From assembly GCA_039630085.1 (NCBI GenBank), contig JBCNVM010000002.1, positions 84,721-148,720 of the forward strand: a stretch of DNA of 64,000 nucleotides, in the 5' to 3' direction. A program made the position numbers and the translations under genes. The notes under the pieces are model-generated. The model did not search any database and was not told the DNA's origin. It saw only the letters and a program-made list of their open reading frames with translations. The stretch is from Candidatus Caldarchaeales archaeon (GTDB lineage: Archaea > Thermoproteota > Nitrososphaeria_A > Caldarchaeales > Calditenuaceae). Positions within the stretch are counted from its first letter, which is position 1. Every line of letters begins with the position of its first letter. Below, one piece after another: positions 45,898 to 56,251 of the stretch.

Positions 45898-47662
45898 GCA
45901 GAGCCTCTAGGATCCACGTGAAGCTGGCCTCCCTGTAGGCCCTCCTGTAACCCCTCAGCAGATCGGTGATAGGGCAGACCATCCCCGCGTGAGCCCCGTC
46001 CGGCAGCGGCTCGTCCGTGAACCTCCTCGGCAGCCCGTCGGCCTCCTCGCCTATCCCGTAGGCCCTGTTGACGTATCTCTCCATCGCGAGCACTGCCTCG
46101 CCTATCTCCGCGAGGCGTCGGTCGTCGAACTCGACGCCGAAGAACGCCGAGCAGCCTTCAGCGTAGTCGCGGGGGTCCATCGCAAGCCTCGAGAACGCGC
46201 AGACGCCGAGCGAGTCCAGCCATGCCACCTCGACCCTCTTCGCGTGGACCCTTTCGGCGAGAGTTTTGGCATCGGGGCCGTCCCGGTAGACCGTCTCGAT
46301 CCCGAAGTCCCCGAAGCTCCTGATCAGGTTCGGATAGACCCAGATGTGAGCGGCTCCTCCGTAGGACTCGACGGCGTTGATCAGGCCCCACGCCGGCTCG
46401 GCCCTCGGGTCGGTGTTCTGGACGGAGATGCCCTTGACCGAGGGAGCCGCGTGTACGTCGCCGTAGTGCTGCGCGGTCCTCAAGGCACCTCCAGAGAGGA
46501 CCTCCCCGACGCCGGTCCCCGAGGCCATCGAGCCTATCAGCTCGGCCATCCTCCTCCAGTCGCCCCACTCGAGCTGCTCCTCGGTCAGGCCCCTCTCTGA
46601 GAGCTCTGCGAGGACCGCGAGCGCGTTGCCGGCCTCGATCGGGTCGACTCCTGCGTCGTAGCAGAGCTGCGTGAGGTACGAGACCTTCTCGAGGTCCAAG
46701 ACCAGACAGTTGGTCCCCAGCGAGGAGATCTGCGCGTAGTCCGGGCCCTCGCCCCTCAGCCCGAGGGCGACGGTCTCCCTCCTGCAGGAGACCTGGCAGG
46801 TCGAGCACGTCAGCCTCCTCACGAGGACCGTCGAGGAGAGCCTCTTACCGCCGACCAGCTCGTGGTCCCTGAGCGTGCTCCTGCTGTAGTTCTTTACGGG
46901 GACCGCGTCGTGCCTGCCTAGGGCCTCGACGGCGATCGCGGTCCCGTGGACCGCCAAGAGTCCTCTCTGGAGGTTGAGCAAGCTGGAGGCCTCGACCTTG
47001 GCCCTCAGGGACCTCGAGAGCTTGCTGAACCTAGTCGGCTGGGCCGGAGCCCTCGAGAACCTCCTCCCGGCCTTGATCGCGATCGCCTTGACGTTCTTCG
47101 AGCCGAGCACCGCCCCCGCTCCGTGCCTGACGCCGCTCGACCTCCCCGAGTCGTTGACGACCGTCGCGATCGGCGCTGCCCTCTCGCCCGCGGGACCTAT
47201 CGCGATCACCCTGGCGTCACCGAGCTCCGACCTCAGAGCCCTGCAAGTCTCCACGGCCCCCAGGCCCCTGAGCCGCTCCGCGTCGACGAACTTCACGCCC
47301 TCAGGCGTCAGGAGCAGAACGCAGAGCGACTCGGACCTGCCGGTGACGTAGAGGGCCGCGATGCCCAGCGACGCTAGGTCGGTCGCTGCGTATCCGCCGG
47401 TCATCGCCCACGCCACGGTCCCCGTGAGGGGGGACCTGAACGCGAGCGTCAGCCTGTTGCCGAGCGGAAACCCGGTCCCGGAGAGGCTCCCGACCGAGAC
47501 GACCAGCGGGCTCTCGGGGTCCAGCGGGTCCCTGAAGGTCAGGTTGCGGGCGAGCAGGCCGACGCCGATGCACCTTCCGCCGAGGACGCCCTCTGTGACT
47601 AGGTGGTTGACATCGTGGGCCTCGAAGGACCTCTCCCCGAGGTCAACCCTGATCACCTTCAA
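45884..47662 (-). CDS. Aldehyde:ferredoxin oxidoreductase family (W-pterin) protein
   Basis: RSPLTG, IGPAGE, GAVLGSKNVKAI, CSTCQVSC, EGPDY, DSLGVC. Confidence 0.88.
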   Translation of the reverse strand: MKVIRVDLGERSFEAHDVNHLVTEGVLGGRCIGVGLLARNLTFRDPLDPESPLVVSVGSLSGTGFPLGNRLTLAFRSPLTGTVAWAMTGGYAATDLASLGIAALYVTGRSESLCVLLLTPEGVKFVDAERLRGLGAVETCRALRSELGDARVIAIGPAGERAAPIATVVNDSGRSSGVRHGAGAVLGSKNVKAIAIKAGRRFSRAPAQPTRFSKLSRSLRAKVEASSLLNLQRGLLAVHGTAIAVEALGRHDAVPVKNYSRSTLRDHELVGGKRLSSTVLVRRLTCSTCQVSCRRETVALGLRGEGPDYAQISSLGTNCLVLDLEKVSYLTQLCYDAGVDPIEAGNALAVLAELSERGLTEEQLEWGDWRRMAELIGSMASGTGVGEVLSGGALRTAQHYGDVHAAPSVKGISVQNTDPRAEPAWGLINAVESYGGAAHIWVYPNLIRSFGDFGIETVYRDGPDAKTLAERVHAKRVEVAWLDSLGVCAFSRLAMDPRDYAEGCSAFFGVEFDDRRLAEIGEAVLAMERYVNRAYGIGEEADGLPRRFTDEPLPDGAHAGMVCPITDLLRGYRRAYREASFTWILEALPRLS

Positions 47663-47713
47663 CGCCGCACCGAGGAGCGACCAGGGTCTGAAAAACGTGT
47701 CAGGGCTCCGCGA

Positions 47714-48631
47714 CTACGGGATAAGGACCGGGGATCCGTCCCTGATGACCCTGTAGCCCCGGTCGTGGATCGCGGAGTAAACCCTCGCCAAGTGGACCAT
47801 GGCCCTGTGGGTCTCGCCGGAGTAGAACCTCAGCGGTCCCTTCACCCTCTCGCGGAGAACCGCGTCGACCTCCTCCGATGACATGGAGCCGCAGTCCCTC
47901 GACTTCGACCCCACGACGAAGCCCCAGAGCGAGGCGAAGGAGAGGACGTAAGCGGCCAAGGGCGTGACGGACGGGAAGACCGACTTCACAGTCTCGAGGA
48001 CCGACCTGAAGGCGAAGGGGTTGTGGGCGATCGAGGTCGCTTGGGTCACGAGCACCCCGTCCCCGGAGAGCTTCTCGAACGCGGTCCTGTAGAACTCGAC
48101 GCTGTAGAGCGGCAGCGAGGCGGCGCCCTCGGTCGGGTCGGTGGCGTCGACGACGATCACGTCGTAGCTTCCGTCGGCCGCGGAGCTCAGGTAGCCCCTT
48201 CCCTCGGCGATGACCAGCCTGAGCCTCGGGTCCTCGAAGGCGCCCCCGCTGAGCTCGGGCATGTGCCTCCTGCTCAGCTCGACGACCTCGCCGTCGATGT
48301 CGACCATCTCGACCTCCTCGACCGTCCTCCACCTGAGCACCTCGCGGGCCGTAGCGCCCTCGCCTCCGCCGATCACGAGGACCCTCCTGGGCTCGGGGGC
48401 CGTGACCATCGCCGGGTGAACGAGGCCCTCGTGGTAGACGAACTCATCGATGAGGGCCGACTGGATCTTCCCGTCGATCACGAGGCACCTGCCGTAGGGA
48501 ACAGTCTCCAGCACGTGGACGTCCTGGAACTTGGTGGAGGCCCTGACCAGAACCCTCTTAACGGCGTAGAGCTCCACGAGGCCCTCCGAGAGCGACTCGG
48601 AGGCCCAGAGGAAGTGGCCCTCCAAGCTCAC
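47714..48631 (-). CDS. speE: Polyamine aminopropyltransferase (spermidine synthase family)
   Basis: DEFVYHE, LVIGGGEG, VDID, DVIVVDATDP. Confidence 0.95.
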   Translation of the reverse strand: MSLEGHFLWASESLSEGLVELYAVKRVLVRASTKFQDVHVLETVPYGRCLVIDGKIQSALIDEFVYHEGLVHPAMVTAPEPRRVLVIGGGEGATAREVLRWRTVEEVEMVDIDGEVVELSRRHMPELSGGAFEDPRLRLVIAEGRGYLSSAADGSYDVIVVDATDPTEGAASLPLYSVEFYRTAFEKLSGDGVLVTQATSIAHNPFAFRSVLETVKSVFPSVTPLAAYVLSFASLWGFVVGSKSRDCGSMSSEEVDAVLRERVKGPLRFYSGETHRAMVHLARVYSAIHDRGYRVIRDGSPVLIP

Positions 48632-49062
48632 TCCCTTACCGCGACCTTCACCTCGTCGTCGGCCTTTGCGTCTCTGCTAAGGAGGCCCCGCCGGATCTCC
48701 ATCACGCTGACGCTCTTCGGGTTTAGCGTCCTCACGACTTCGTCGAAGGCTGCCCAGGGGTCGACGTGGTCGCCGCAGGTGTAGATGTCCACCGCGGCGT
48801 ACGAGTGCTCCGGCCACGTGTGGACCGAGAGGTGGCTCTCCTTCACAACCAGAACATAGGAGACCCCGCCCCCGCCCTCGTACTTGTTCGCGAACTCGCC
48901 GACCGGGGTGGCTCCCGCCCTCTTAGCGCCCCTCCTGACCGCCGAGGAGACGACCTTGACGTCCGCCAGAAGGGCTGGGTCGCACCCGTAGAGCTCCCCG
49001 ATCAGATGCCGACCGAGACCGTCGTAGGTATGAACGCGTCGTCCCTGGCTCCCAGCCCCCAT
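48628..49062 (-). CDS. speD: Pyruvoyl-dependent SAM decarboxylase proenzyme (or paralogous arginine decarboxylase)
   Basis: GRHLIGELYGC, ESHLSVHTWPE, DIYTCG; coupled to speE. Confidence 0.9.
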   Translation of the reverse strand: MGAGSQGRRVHTYDGLGRHLIGELYGCDPALLADVKVVSSAVRRGAKRAGATPVGEFANKYEGGGGVSYVLVVKESHLSVHTWPEHSYAAVDIYTCGDHVDPWAAFDEVVRTLNPKSVSVMEIRRGLLSRDAKADDEVKVAVRE

Positions 49063-49202
49063 TTTTCGGTTTATAAGGAAACTTCACGCTTAAAAACCTA
49101 TCGATGCAGAGCCCCCGGTTTGCGCCCCCACCATATAAATGAATGCGGTATATGCTGGGCTCCGGCCCCGAGGGGTTTTGAAGGGTTGGATCCGTGCTAC
49201 AT

Positions 49203-50441
49203 TTAAATCGCTATCGGGGAGGTGGGCCGCCTCCTGCCGCCGATAAGCCTAGATATCAGCAGCTGCTGGAGGTGCTTCCTGCTCGAGGGGTCCGCGTAGG
49301 TCCCGTAGAGGAGTAGGGCCGCTGAGAGCGCCAGGGGCGCGGCGTACCCCGCCAACGACCCCATGCTGTAGAGGGAGAAGGGCTTCGGCTCCTGCAGAAT
49401 GACGCTCAGCCACCAGTCGTAATGGAGGGCGAGGGCGGGCATGCCGAGGACGATCGTCGAGAGGAGGACGAGAGCGGAGTAGACGCTCCCCCCGCCGGCG
49501 CGCCACTCGGTGCTGAATATGCAGGACCCCGCGACGCCTATCCCCAAGCCGAAGACGAGGCCGCCCATCAGGAGGTGGAGGACCCCGACCTGAGGAGGGG
49601 TGAGGGCGAACGGCACTCCGGACAACTGGAGGGCGAGGACGCCCGTGCTGTAGGTTAGCAGCGCTATGGCCACCGCCTTGACCATGACGCCGCTCGCGTA
49701 GCGGGGCGCGACGATGTCCCTGTAGCAGGACGCGAAGCAGATGCTCGAGACCCACCCGAGGGCTCCGAAGGCGATGCCCGCGACCCACCAGATCGCAACG
49801 AGGGGGATCAAGAGGGGCACGACGGCGAGCGACAGGCCGACGACCGCCAGCCCGAGCCACCTCTGGGCCCGAAGGGGCAGCGTCACGGAGAACCTCCAGG
49901 GTGCAGCCCTAGGGGCGAAGAGGGCCTCGGTCAGCTTGAACCCGGCCCAGGTCCCCGGGAGGAGCGCGGCGGTGAAGAAGGCCGCGTGCACCCCGCCGGT
50001 CGCCCAGCCGGACAGGAAGTTGCCGATGTTGCACCCGAACGCGAGCCTCGCCCCGTATCCGAGCAGGAACCCTCCGAGCACCGCTTGGAGTGCCATCCAC
50101 CTATTGGGGAAGTGCTTCACCGCGAAGCTCCCGGTCAGAAGCGACGCCGAGAGCCCTCCGATCAGCACCGAGAGGACGATCGCCTGCGTCGGGTCTTCGA
50201 GGGGGTTCATCAGCCTGAACTGTCTGTAGTAGGTCAGCTGGTCGACCTGGAGGCCGACCGCCCTCCAGAGGAGGCCGCCGAGCTTCGACTCTCCGGTCGT
50301 GATGCCCCAGATCGTCCCCCTTCCAGCGACGAGGTAGACCGAGTAGCCCAGCGCGACCGAGACCGCGCCGATCAATGCGGCGGATACGTAAACCCTTGCT
50401 CCCACGCCGTTTTCACCTCGGTCGGTCGCCTCGGTGGACAT
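49203..50441 (-). CDS. YeeE/YedE (TsuA-like) thiosulfate/sulfur transporter
   Basis: GARLAFGCNIG, ICFAS, AGSCIFS (three Cys motifs). Confidence 0.9.
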   Translation of the reverse strand: MSTEATDRGENGVGARVYVSAALIGAVSVALGYSVYLVAGRGTIWGITTGESKLGGLLWRAVGLQVDQLTYYRQFRLMNPLEDPTQAIVLSVLIGGLSASLLTGSFAVKHFPNRWMALQAVLGGFLLGYGARLAFGCNIGNFLSGWATGGVHAAFFTAALLPGTWAGFKLTEALFAPRAAPWRFSVTLPLRAQRWLGLAVVGLSLAVVPLLIPLVAIWWVAGIAFGALGWVSSICFASCYRDIVAPRYASGVMVKAVAIALLTYSTGVLALQLSGVPFALTPPQVGVLHLLMGGLVFGLGIGVAGSCIFSTEWRAGGGSVYSALVLLSTIVLGMPALALHYDWWLSVILQEPKPFSLYSMGSLAGYAAPLALSAALLLYGTYADPSSRKHLQQLLISRLIGGRRRPTSPIAI

Positions 50442-50500
50442 ATTTGTATCTTATAATGCGACGCTAATGCGAGATTAATTTACGGTTTATATTAAGGCAA

Positions 50501-50794
50501 TTGCGCGTCGGGTCCGTGAATGCCCGGATCCAGCTGCCGGCCCATCTCATCGCGAAGCTCGGTGAACGGCAATACAGGCTCGACCTGAGGGGTTACTCCT
50601 GTCCGTATCCGCAGCTCTTCGCGGTCAAGGCCCTGAGCCAGCTGGAGCCAGGCGCCACGCTCGAGATCGTGATCGACAACCCGCCCTCGGTCGAGACCGT
50701 GCTCAGGTCGATCGCGAACAACGGGCAGGAACACCTGGGGACCGAGAAGGTCGGGCCGTCGGTCTGGGTGATAAGGGCGAGGAGGCCCGAGTGA
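50501..50794 (+). CDS. TusA/YeeD-like sulfur carrier
   Basis: LDLRGYSCPYP; divergent from yeeE. Confidence 0.92.
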   Translation: MRVGSVNARIQLPAHLIAKLGERQYRLDLRGYSCPYPQLFAVKALSQLEPGATLEIVIDNPPSVETVLRSIANNGQEHLGTEKVGPSVWVIRARRPE

Positions 50795-50943
50795 CTGTAG
50801 GGAAATTCTGCCACCCGGCCGTTTGTGGAACTGTCCCCCGGTAGGAGTTGTCCGATGACGGTCGCGGCTTTACGTGGGCAGTCGAACGACTTTTCTTCCA
50901 CCTGCGAATCTTTCTTATAACAGGCCATGAAGATACGGAAACG

Positions 50944-51789
50944 ATGAGTAGCCCTTCGCTCGCCGAGAGGCTGGCGAGGGTAGTTCACGACAGGTTGCGC
51001 GGGTCCATGGAAATAACTAGGGCGCTCCTCGAGGAGGTTACGAGGGCGCTCGCCTCTGCGGGCTCGACGGAGGACGCCCTGAACACGGCCGAGGAGTTCG
51101 TGAGGGTCGCGTCGCAAAGGAGGTCGATGCCGATGCTCGCGAACGCGCTGAGGGTCATGCTGAGGCACGCCGAAGAGGGCATGAGTCCCGGAGAGGCCGC
51201 CTCGAGGACGCTGAGTGAGCTGGAGGCGAGGGTCGAGTCCTCGATCGAGGTCTTGGTCAGACTTCTCCGAGGCGCGAGGGCCGTGATGACGTACAGCTAC
51301 AGCTCGCACGTCGTGAGGGCCTTGAGGAGGCTGAGCCCCGAGACGGCCTACGTCCCCATCTCCTGCCCCCTCCACGAGGGCGTCCGGACCGCCGAGGAGC
51401 TGAGGTCGTTCGGGCTAAACGCGGTATCGGTCTTGGACACCGATGCGGTGAGGGCCCTCGGATGGTGCGAGGCACTGGTCCTCGGCTCAGACGCGGTCCT
51501 GAGGGACGGGAGCGTCGCCAACAGGAGCGGGTCGAGAGCCCTCGCCGAGCAGGCCGACCGCCTCGGGTTGAGGGTCTGCTTCCTCACTGACTTGCTGAAG
51601 TACGACCTCGAGGGGACTTGGGAGGGCGAGCGGCTGACCTTCATGGGCCGTGAGCTCGAGCTCTTCGACCTCACTCCTCCCCTTTCAAACGTCCTCACGG
51701 TCTCCTCGATGGGGGCGCTTAGACCTAGCGAGTTCGCAGCCGCCTGCGACCGGGCCCTCAAGGGCTCCGCCTCGAGACGAGGAAGTTGA
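50944..51789 (+). CDS. eIF2B alpha/beta/delta-like (sugar-phosphate isomerase family) protein
   Basis: RGS, MTYSYSSHV, PLHEG, GSDAVLRDGSVANRSG, FDLTP. Confidence 0.85.
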   Translation: MSSPSLAERLARVVHDRLRGSMEITRALLEEVTRALASAGSTEDALNTAEEFVRVASQRRSMPMLANALRVMLRHAEEGMSPGEAASRTLSELEARVESSIEVLVRLLRGARAVMTYSYSSHVVRALRRLSPETAYVPISCPLHEGVRTAEELRSFGLNAVSVLDTDAVRALGWCEALVLGSDAVLRDGSVANRSGSRALAEQADRLGLRVCFLTDLLKYDLEGTWEGERLTFMGRELELFDLTPPLSNVLTVSSMGALRPSEFAAACDRALKGSASRRGS

Positions 51790-52651
51790 GGGCCGTGAGC
51801 ACGGCCCAGACCGCCTCCTCGGTCCTCACGGTCCAGACGCCCTGCTCCGGGATGAAGTTCACGACCGCGTCGAAAACCTCCCCCGGGTCGAAGCCCTGGA
51901 CCTCCGCTATCTCCCAGATGCCCCTCCTGTAGGACCCGAAGGCGACCGCGACCCTCCCGCCCTTCGCGCTCCCGATCAGCGACCCGAGCCTCTCCCAGCT
52001 CCCGGTGAGGAGGTCTCCGACCCTGCTCGCGGCGATCTTGACCTGGTACCGCCTCAGGACCTCGGGGAGGGGGAGCGGCGTCACCTCGACCGATGTCCCG
52101 AGGAAGTACCCGGACTTGGTCCTGGAGATCAGCCTGAACTTCAGCCCTCCCTTCTTCCTCCTGACGAGCAGGTAGACCCTGCTGTTGGGCCTCCTCGGCG
52201 ACCTCAGCCTGAGCTGCCTCCTCAGACCGGCCTCGACGTAGTAGCCCTCGCCCCTCCTGACGACCAGGCCCTCCCTCAGCTCCACGCCGCCCTCCGGGAT
52301 CGAGGGGGACCTCGGGTGGGTCGGGATGTTCAGGGGCTGAAGGGCCCCCGCGTACCTCAGCTCCCTGGTCACGGGGTAGATCAGCCTCCTCAGGTAGGGC
52401 GCGGTGTTCGCGTACTCCACGATCAGTCTGATCAGGTCCGCGTTCCTCTCGGGGCTCCGCGGGTCCTCGTGGAAGACGACCAGCCTCTCGACTCTGTACG
52501 TCGCGAGGGCCCTCGCGAGGTTCCCGATCCTGAGCGTCTGCTCGAGGAGCGAGGGCGCCTCGGAGGAGAAGCTGCTGGGTATCAGGACGTGGACCGCGGG
52601 GTCGGGGAGCTTCGGGAGGAAGGCCTGCCGCTCGGCGGTCAAGACCTCCAC
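51758..52651 (-). CDS. SPOUT methyltransferase (DUF171/COG2106 family)
   Basis: ANTAPYLRR, LRYAGALQPLNIPTH, VNFIPEQGVWTVRTEEAV. Confidence 0.92.
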   Translation of the reverse strand: MEVLTAERQAFLPKLPDPAVHVLIPSSFSSEAPSLLEQTLRIGNLARALATYRVERLVVFHEDPRSPERNADLIRLIVEYANTAPYLRRLIYPVTRELRYAGALQPLNIPTHPRSPSIPEGGVELREGLVVRRGEGYYVEAGLRRQLRLRSPRRPNSRVYLLVRRKKGGLKFRLISRTKSGYFLGTSVEVTPLPLPEVLRRYQVKIAASRVGDLLTGSWERLGSLIGSAKGGRVAVAFGSYRRGIWEIAEVQGFDPGEVFDAVVNFIPEQGVWTVRTEEAVWAVLTALNFLVSRRSP

Positions 52652-52654
52652 GCA

Positions 52655-53092
52655 TCAGATGTCGAGGACGAACTTCACCTCTGCACCGGACTCGGACTCG
52701 TTCACCTCCATCAGCCAGTACGTCGGCGACTTCACGTCTATCCCCGGGACGTGCCTCGAGGGGTCGAAGTCCTCGCCGGCCACCCTCCCCCTGACCACTA
52801 GGTCGTCGCCCGAGGACGTTATCTCCTGGACCCTGACCTCCGACGCCACCAGCTTCTCGAGCTGGAAGACCAGCAGCAGCCTCTCGAGCCAGTCGTAGAG
52901 GAGCGAGTGCTTGTCGTAGCCCTTCGCGGTAACGGCGACCTCCCTCACGGCCCTCACGTCGCCGACGTTCCTGACCAGCACGCTGAAGAGCGCCCTCCCG
53001 GCCTCCTCGAAGGCCTCGGAGAGGTCCCTGCCGTAGGCCCTGACGTAAACGTCGCTGGTGTGCTCGAGGAACTCGAAGCCCCTCTCCGTCAT
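52655..53092 (-). CDS. Archease
   Basis: FEFLEHTSD, DVKSPTY, C-terminal FVLDI. Confidence 0.95.
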   Translation of the reverse strand: MTERGFEFLEHTSDVYVRAYGRDLSEAFEEAGRALFSVLVRNVGDVRAVREVAVTAKGYDKHSLLYDWLERLLLVFQLEKLVASEVRVQEITSSGDDLVVRGRVAGEDFDPSRHVPGIDVKSPTYWLMEVNESESGAEVKFVLDI

Positions 53093-53201
53093 CCAGCCTC
53101 CACTTCGAGCCCTCCCTTGATAACCCTCTCCCAGCCGGCCGACGACGCCCGCGGTCCGGTGCGAGATGGGCTAATCACCTGCCTCGCTCCCGGTCTCGCC
53201 G

Positions 53202-54179
53202 TTGAGAACGGGTGTCTGCAGGGTCCCCTCCAGCAGCGCGAACCTCGGCCCGGGATACGACGTCCTCTCCCTGGCCCTCTCGGAGCCTGCGATGGTGGTG
53301 GCTGTCGAGCTGACCGACCCGGCGAGGGGCGTGACCGTAGAGCCGACGGGCAGGTACGGCGGAATGGTGAGCAGGGACCCGGAGAGGAACTCCGCCGCGA
53401 GGGCGCTAGCGCGGCTGGCCCGGAGGTTGGGAGTCGAGCTCGGAGCGAGGATACGGATCGGTGCTGGGATTCCGGTCGGGAAGGGCCTCGGGTCTTCGGC
53501 GGCCGAGGCGGTCGGGGCCGTTTTCGCGGCCTGCAGGGCGCTGGGCGTGGAGCTCCCGAGGGAGGAGGTGGCGAGGATCGCGGCCTCGGTCGAGCCGGGA
53601 GGTCACGCCGACAACGCCGCTGCTTCCACCTTCGGGGGGTTCAACGTCATCCTCCACTCCGAGTCTGGACCGGAGTTCCTGAGCTTCAGGGCCCCGGAGA
53701 GGCTGGGCTGCGTCGTGGTGGTGCCCGACGTGGAGAAGGCGTCGACTGAGGTCGCGAGGGCGGCGGTCCCGAGGACGGTCACAATCTCGGACCACGTCAC
53801 GGCCTCCTCGAGGGTCGCGGCGGCGTGCGCCTCGATGCTATCGGGGGACTTGAGGACGTTCTTCGCGGCGGTCTCGATCGACCCGATCGTCGAGAGGGCG
53901 AGGGCCGACGCCGGCGTCTACGGCGACTACACCTGGGAGGAGCTCAGGGGGGAGAAGAAGAGGCTGCTGAGGACGTACGGCGTCGCGCTCACGATCAGCG
54001 GTGCCGGGCCCTCGAGGCTCATCCTCTTCGACAGGTCGGCGGCTACCGGAGAGGAGGGCAGGAGGACGGTCGAGTCGGCGGTCCAGGAGGTCGTCGCGTC
54101 CCTCGAGAGGAGGGGGCACAGGGTGGTCGAGGTCTACTGGACTGGTCCCGACAACCGCGGAGCCGTGGTGACCGCGTAG
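53202..54179 (+). CDS. thrB: Homoserine kinase
   Basis: PSSSANLGPGYD, PVGKGLGSSAA, HADN, ISGAGPS. Confidence 0.93.
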   Translation: MRTGVCRVPSSSANLGPGYDVLSLALSEPAMVVAVELTDPARGVTVEPTGRYGGMVSRDPERNSAARALARLARRLGVELGARIRIGAGIPVGKGLGSSAAEAVGAVFAACRALGVELPREEVARIAASVEPGGHADNAAASTFGGFNVILHSESGPEFLSFRAPERLGCVVVVPDVEKASTEVARAAVPRTVTISDHVTASSRVAAACASMLSGDLRTFFAAVSIDPIVERARADAGVYGDYTWEELRGEKKRLLRTYGVALTISGAGPSRLILFDRSAATGEEGRRTVESAVQEVVASLERRGHRVVEVYWTGPDNRGAVVTA

Positions 54180-54187
54180 CGTCCCCG

Positions 54188-54358
54188 TCAGCTGCCCTTT
54201 GGCGCCGGGATGTAGTAGACCTTGTCGCCCTTCGGCGTGACCACTATGACCCCCATGCAGCCCCTGCACCTGTAGTACCTGTTCTCGCCGCCCTCGGTCC
54301 TCTGGCTGCCCAGCCACTCGAGGTCGTCGTGGGGACACTCGGTCGCCTCCCCGCCCAT
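54188..54358 (-). CDS. 56-aa CxH...CxxC zinc-finger microprotein
   Basis: Below the track cut-off: MGGEATECPHDDLEWLGSQRTEGGENRYYRCRGCMGVIVVTPKGDKVYYIPAPKGS; typical codon usage, fills the gap between genes. Confidence 0.75.
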   Translation of the reverse strand: MGGEATECPHDDLEWLGSQRTEGGENRYYRCRGCMGVIVVTPKGDKVYYIPAPKGS

Positions 54359-54383
54359 CGAGTTGCTTGATTCGCCCGTGAAT

Positions 54384-56132
54384 TTAAGCGGTCGCCGTGG
54401 TCGTGGGGGTCGCGTGTCGTACCCTCTTGAACTCCTCCCTGAGCTTGTTGAAGTCCGTGCCCATCGTCTTGATGGACTGGTAGTTCTCGGCCCTCTCGAT
54501 CGCCCGCTCGTACTCCTTCCCGAGCCTCGTGAAGTACTTCTTGATCGCCCCCAGCCAGATCCTCGCGCCCGTGACCAATATCGAGGCGGTGATGGCCCTG
54601 TATACCGGGCTCTCCTTCCCTATCCTCCACGCGAGGGCTTCAGCCATCCTCTTGGTGTTCTTCCAGCTGACGTAGATCAGGGCAGCCTGCGTCGGAGTCA
54701 TGTTCGCGTAGACGTCCGTCAGCCTGTTCTCGCCCCTCAGCGATCCCAAGCTCACGAGGGCCATGGGGGTCACCGTGAAGAACAGGTTCATCGACGCCAT
54801 GTGGTTGATCAGGCCTATCGTGTCCCAGAGGTCCTCGTCGGTCTCGCCGGCCATCCCGAGGATGATGGTGTATGCCGGTATCCAGTGGGCGGCGTTGTAG
54901 GCCTTCTGGGCCTCGACGACGATCTCCGCCCAGGTCCCGTCCACGCCGACCTTCAGCGGCAGCGCCTTCCTCCAGGCGTGCTTCTTCACGAGCCTGTCGC
55001 TTCCGGTCTCCAGTCCGATCTGGACGCCGATGTGCTTCCTCGGCCCTGCCCTGACGATCTTGGCGATTCCGAACGCGAGCTCGGGATCCGCCGCGACCGG
55101 GGCCAGCGTCGCGTGCATCGGGTTGGCGCCCGTGACGCCGTCGTAGGATACGACGGTCCTGTAGAGCTCGAAGATCGCCTCCTTGTTCGGCCAGTAGTCC
55201 TTGTCCTTCAGCATGTAGGCCCACTGGTTGTCGGTGATGAACCACGCGTGCCTCAGTCCCCCGCGGAGGTTGACCTTGACCTCCTCCAGCACCTTCTCCG
55301 GCGGGTAGTACCTCAGGGGCCTCAGGGTGACCTCGCAGAAGTCGCAGTCGAGCCCGCAACCCCTCATGATCTCGGCCTGGCCCGATATCGTCGGGTTGAT
55401 GATCGTCGGGATCTCCTCGACCCGCGGTATCTTGTAAATGGAGAACGGGTTCCTCGTGATGAACCGGCCGTTGGGGTCCTTCACGTACCTGACCCTTGGC
55501 CTGCCCGCGACGTCGAAGGTCGTCGTCTTGTGGCCGAACACGAAGACGCCCGTGTCGATCGAGTCCTCTATTACCTGTTCGAAGAGGAGGTGGGCTATGT
55601 CGTCGATCTCGCCCTCGACCGCGTAGTCGATCCCGAGCCTGTCGAGGGCCCAGGGCATCATCTCGAACTCCCAGACGCCCGGACCACCGACGACCACCTT
55701 CGCCTTCGGGCATCGCTCCCTCCTCAGGAGGTTGACCCGCCTCATCAGGCCGACGAACTCCTCGGTGACCCAGGACCTCTCCCTGCCCGCGTTGTTGAAC
55801 ATCAGGGTCAGGGGGCCTATCCCTAGGGGGTCCATCGTGTTGATCCCGATGACCTTCGTCTCGGAAGATATGTGTCGGTCGAGGTGATCCGGGTGCGCGA
55901 CGACGACCGAGTACTTCGTCCTCCTGTAGAGGCAGGCCTCGACCTTCCTGATGCCGTAGGGCGCGAGGACGGCCCTTCCGTACTCGTCGGCCGGGACATC
56001 GGGCTCCGCTAGGTAGTAGTAAATCGGCGGCGGGACGAACCTCACCGGCGCGCAGGGCAGGAAAGAGAGCAGGGGGAAGTTATGAAACTGGTGACCGAGC
56101 GAGGGGTCGAAGGTGAGCACGATGTTCGTCAT
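54384..56132 (-). CDS. B12-binding-domain radical SAM protein
   Basis: APYGIRKVEA, TMDPLGIGP, VVGGPG, RGCGLDCDFC, GLETGS. Confidence 0.9.
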   Translation of the reverse strand: MTNIVLTFDPSLGHQFHNFPLLSFLPCAPVRFVPPPIYYYLAEPDVPADEYGRAVLAPYGIRKVEACLYRRTKYSVVVAHPDHLDRHISSETKVIGINTMDPLGIGPLTLMFNNAGRERSWVTEEFVGLMRRVNLLRRERCPKAKVVVGGPGVWEFEMMPWALDRLGIDYAVEGEIDDIAHLLFEQVIEDSIDTGVFVFGHKTTTFDVAGRPRVRYVKDPNGRFITRNPFSIYKIPRVEEIPTIINPTISGQAEIMRGCGLDCDFCEVTLRPLRYYPPEKVLEEVKVNLRGGLRHAWFITDNQWAYMLKDKDYWPNKEAIFELYRTVVSYDGVTGANPMHATLAPVAADPELAFGIAKIVRAGPRKHIGVQIGLETGSDRLVKKHAWRKALPLKVGVDGTWAEIVVEAQKAYNAAHWIPAYTIILGMAGETDEDLWDTIGLINHMASMNLFFTVTPMALVSLGSLRGENRLTDVYANMTPTQAALIYVSWKNTKRMAEALAWRIGKESPVYRAITASILVTGARIWLGAIKKYFTRLGKEYERAIERAENYQSIKTMGTDFNKLREEFKRVRHATPTTTATA

Positions 56133-56251
56133 ATCGGTGATTCGTCTGATAGAGGTCCCTTATCAATTTCATGCCGCTACCGATGGGCTTAAGTGCTCGA
56201 AGGTGTGGCTGAGCAACCGCTATAATCGGCTCCGGACGGTAACGCCGGGAC

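Noticed and set aside
56147-56165. TGATA-N9-TATCA palindrome before the radical SAM gene
   Set aside because: Short, and one arm is probably the TATA box itself.
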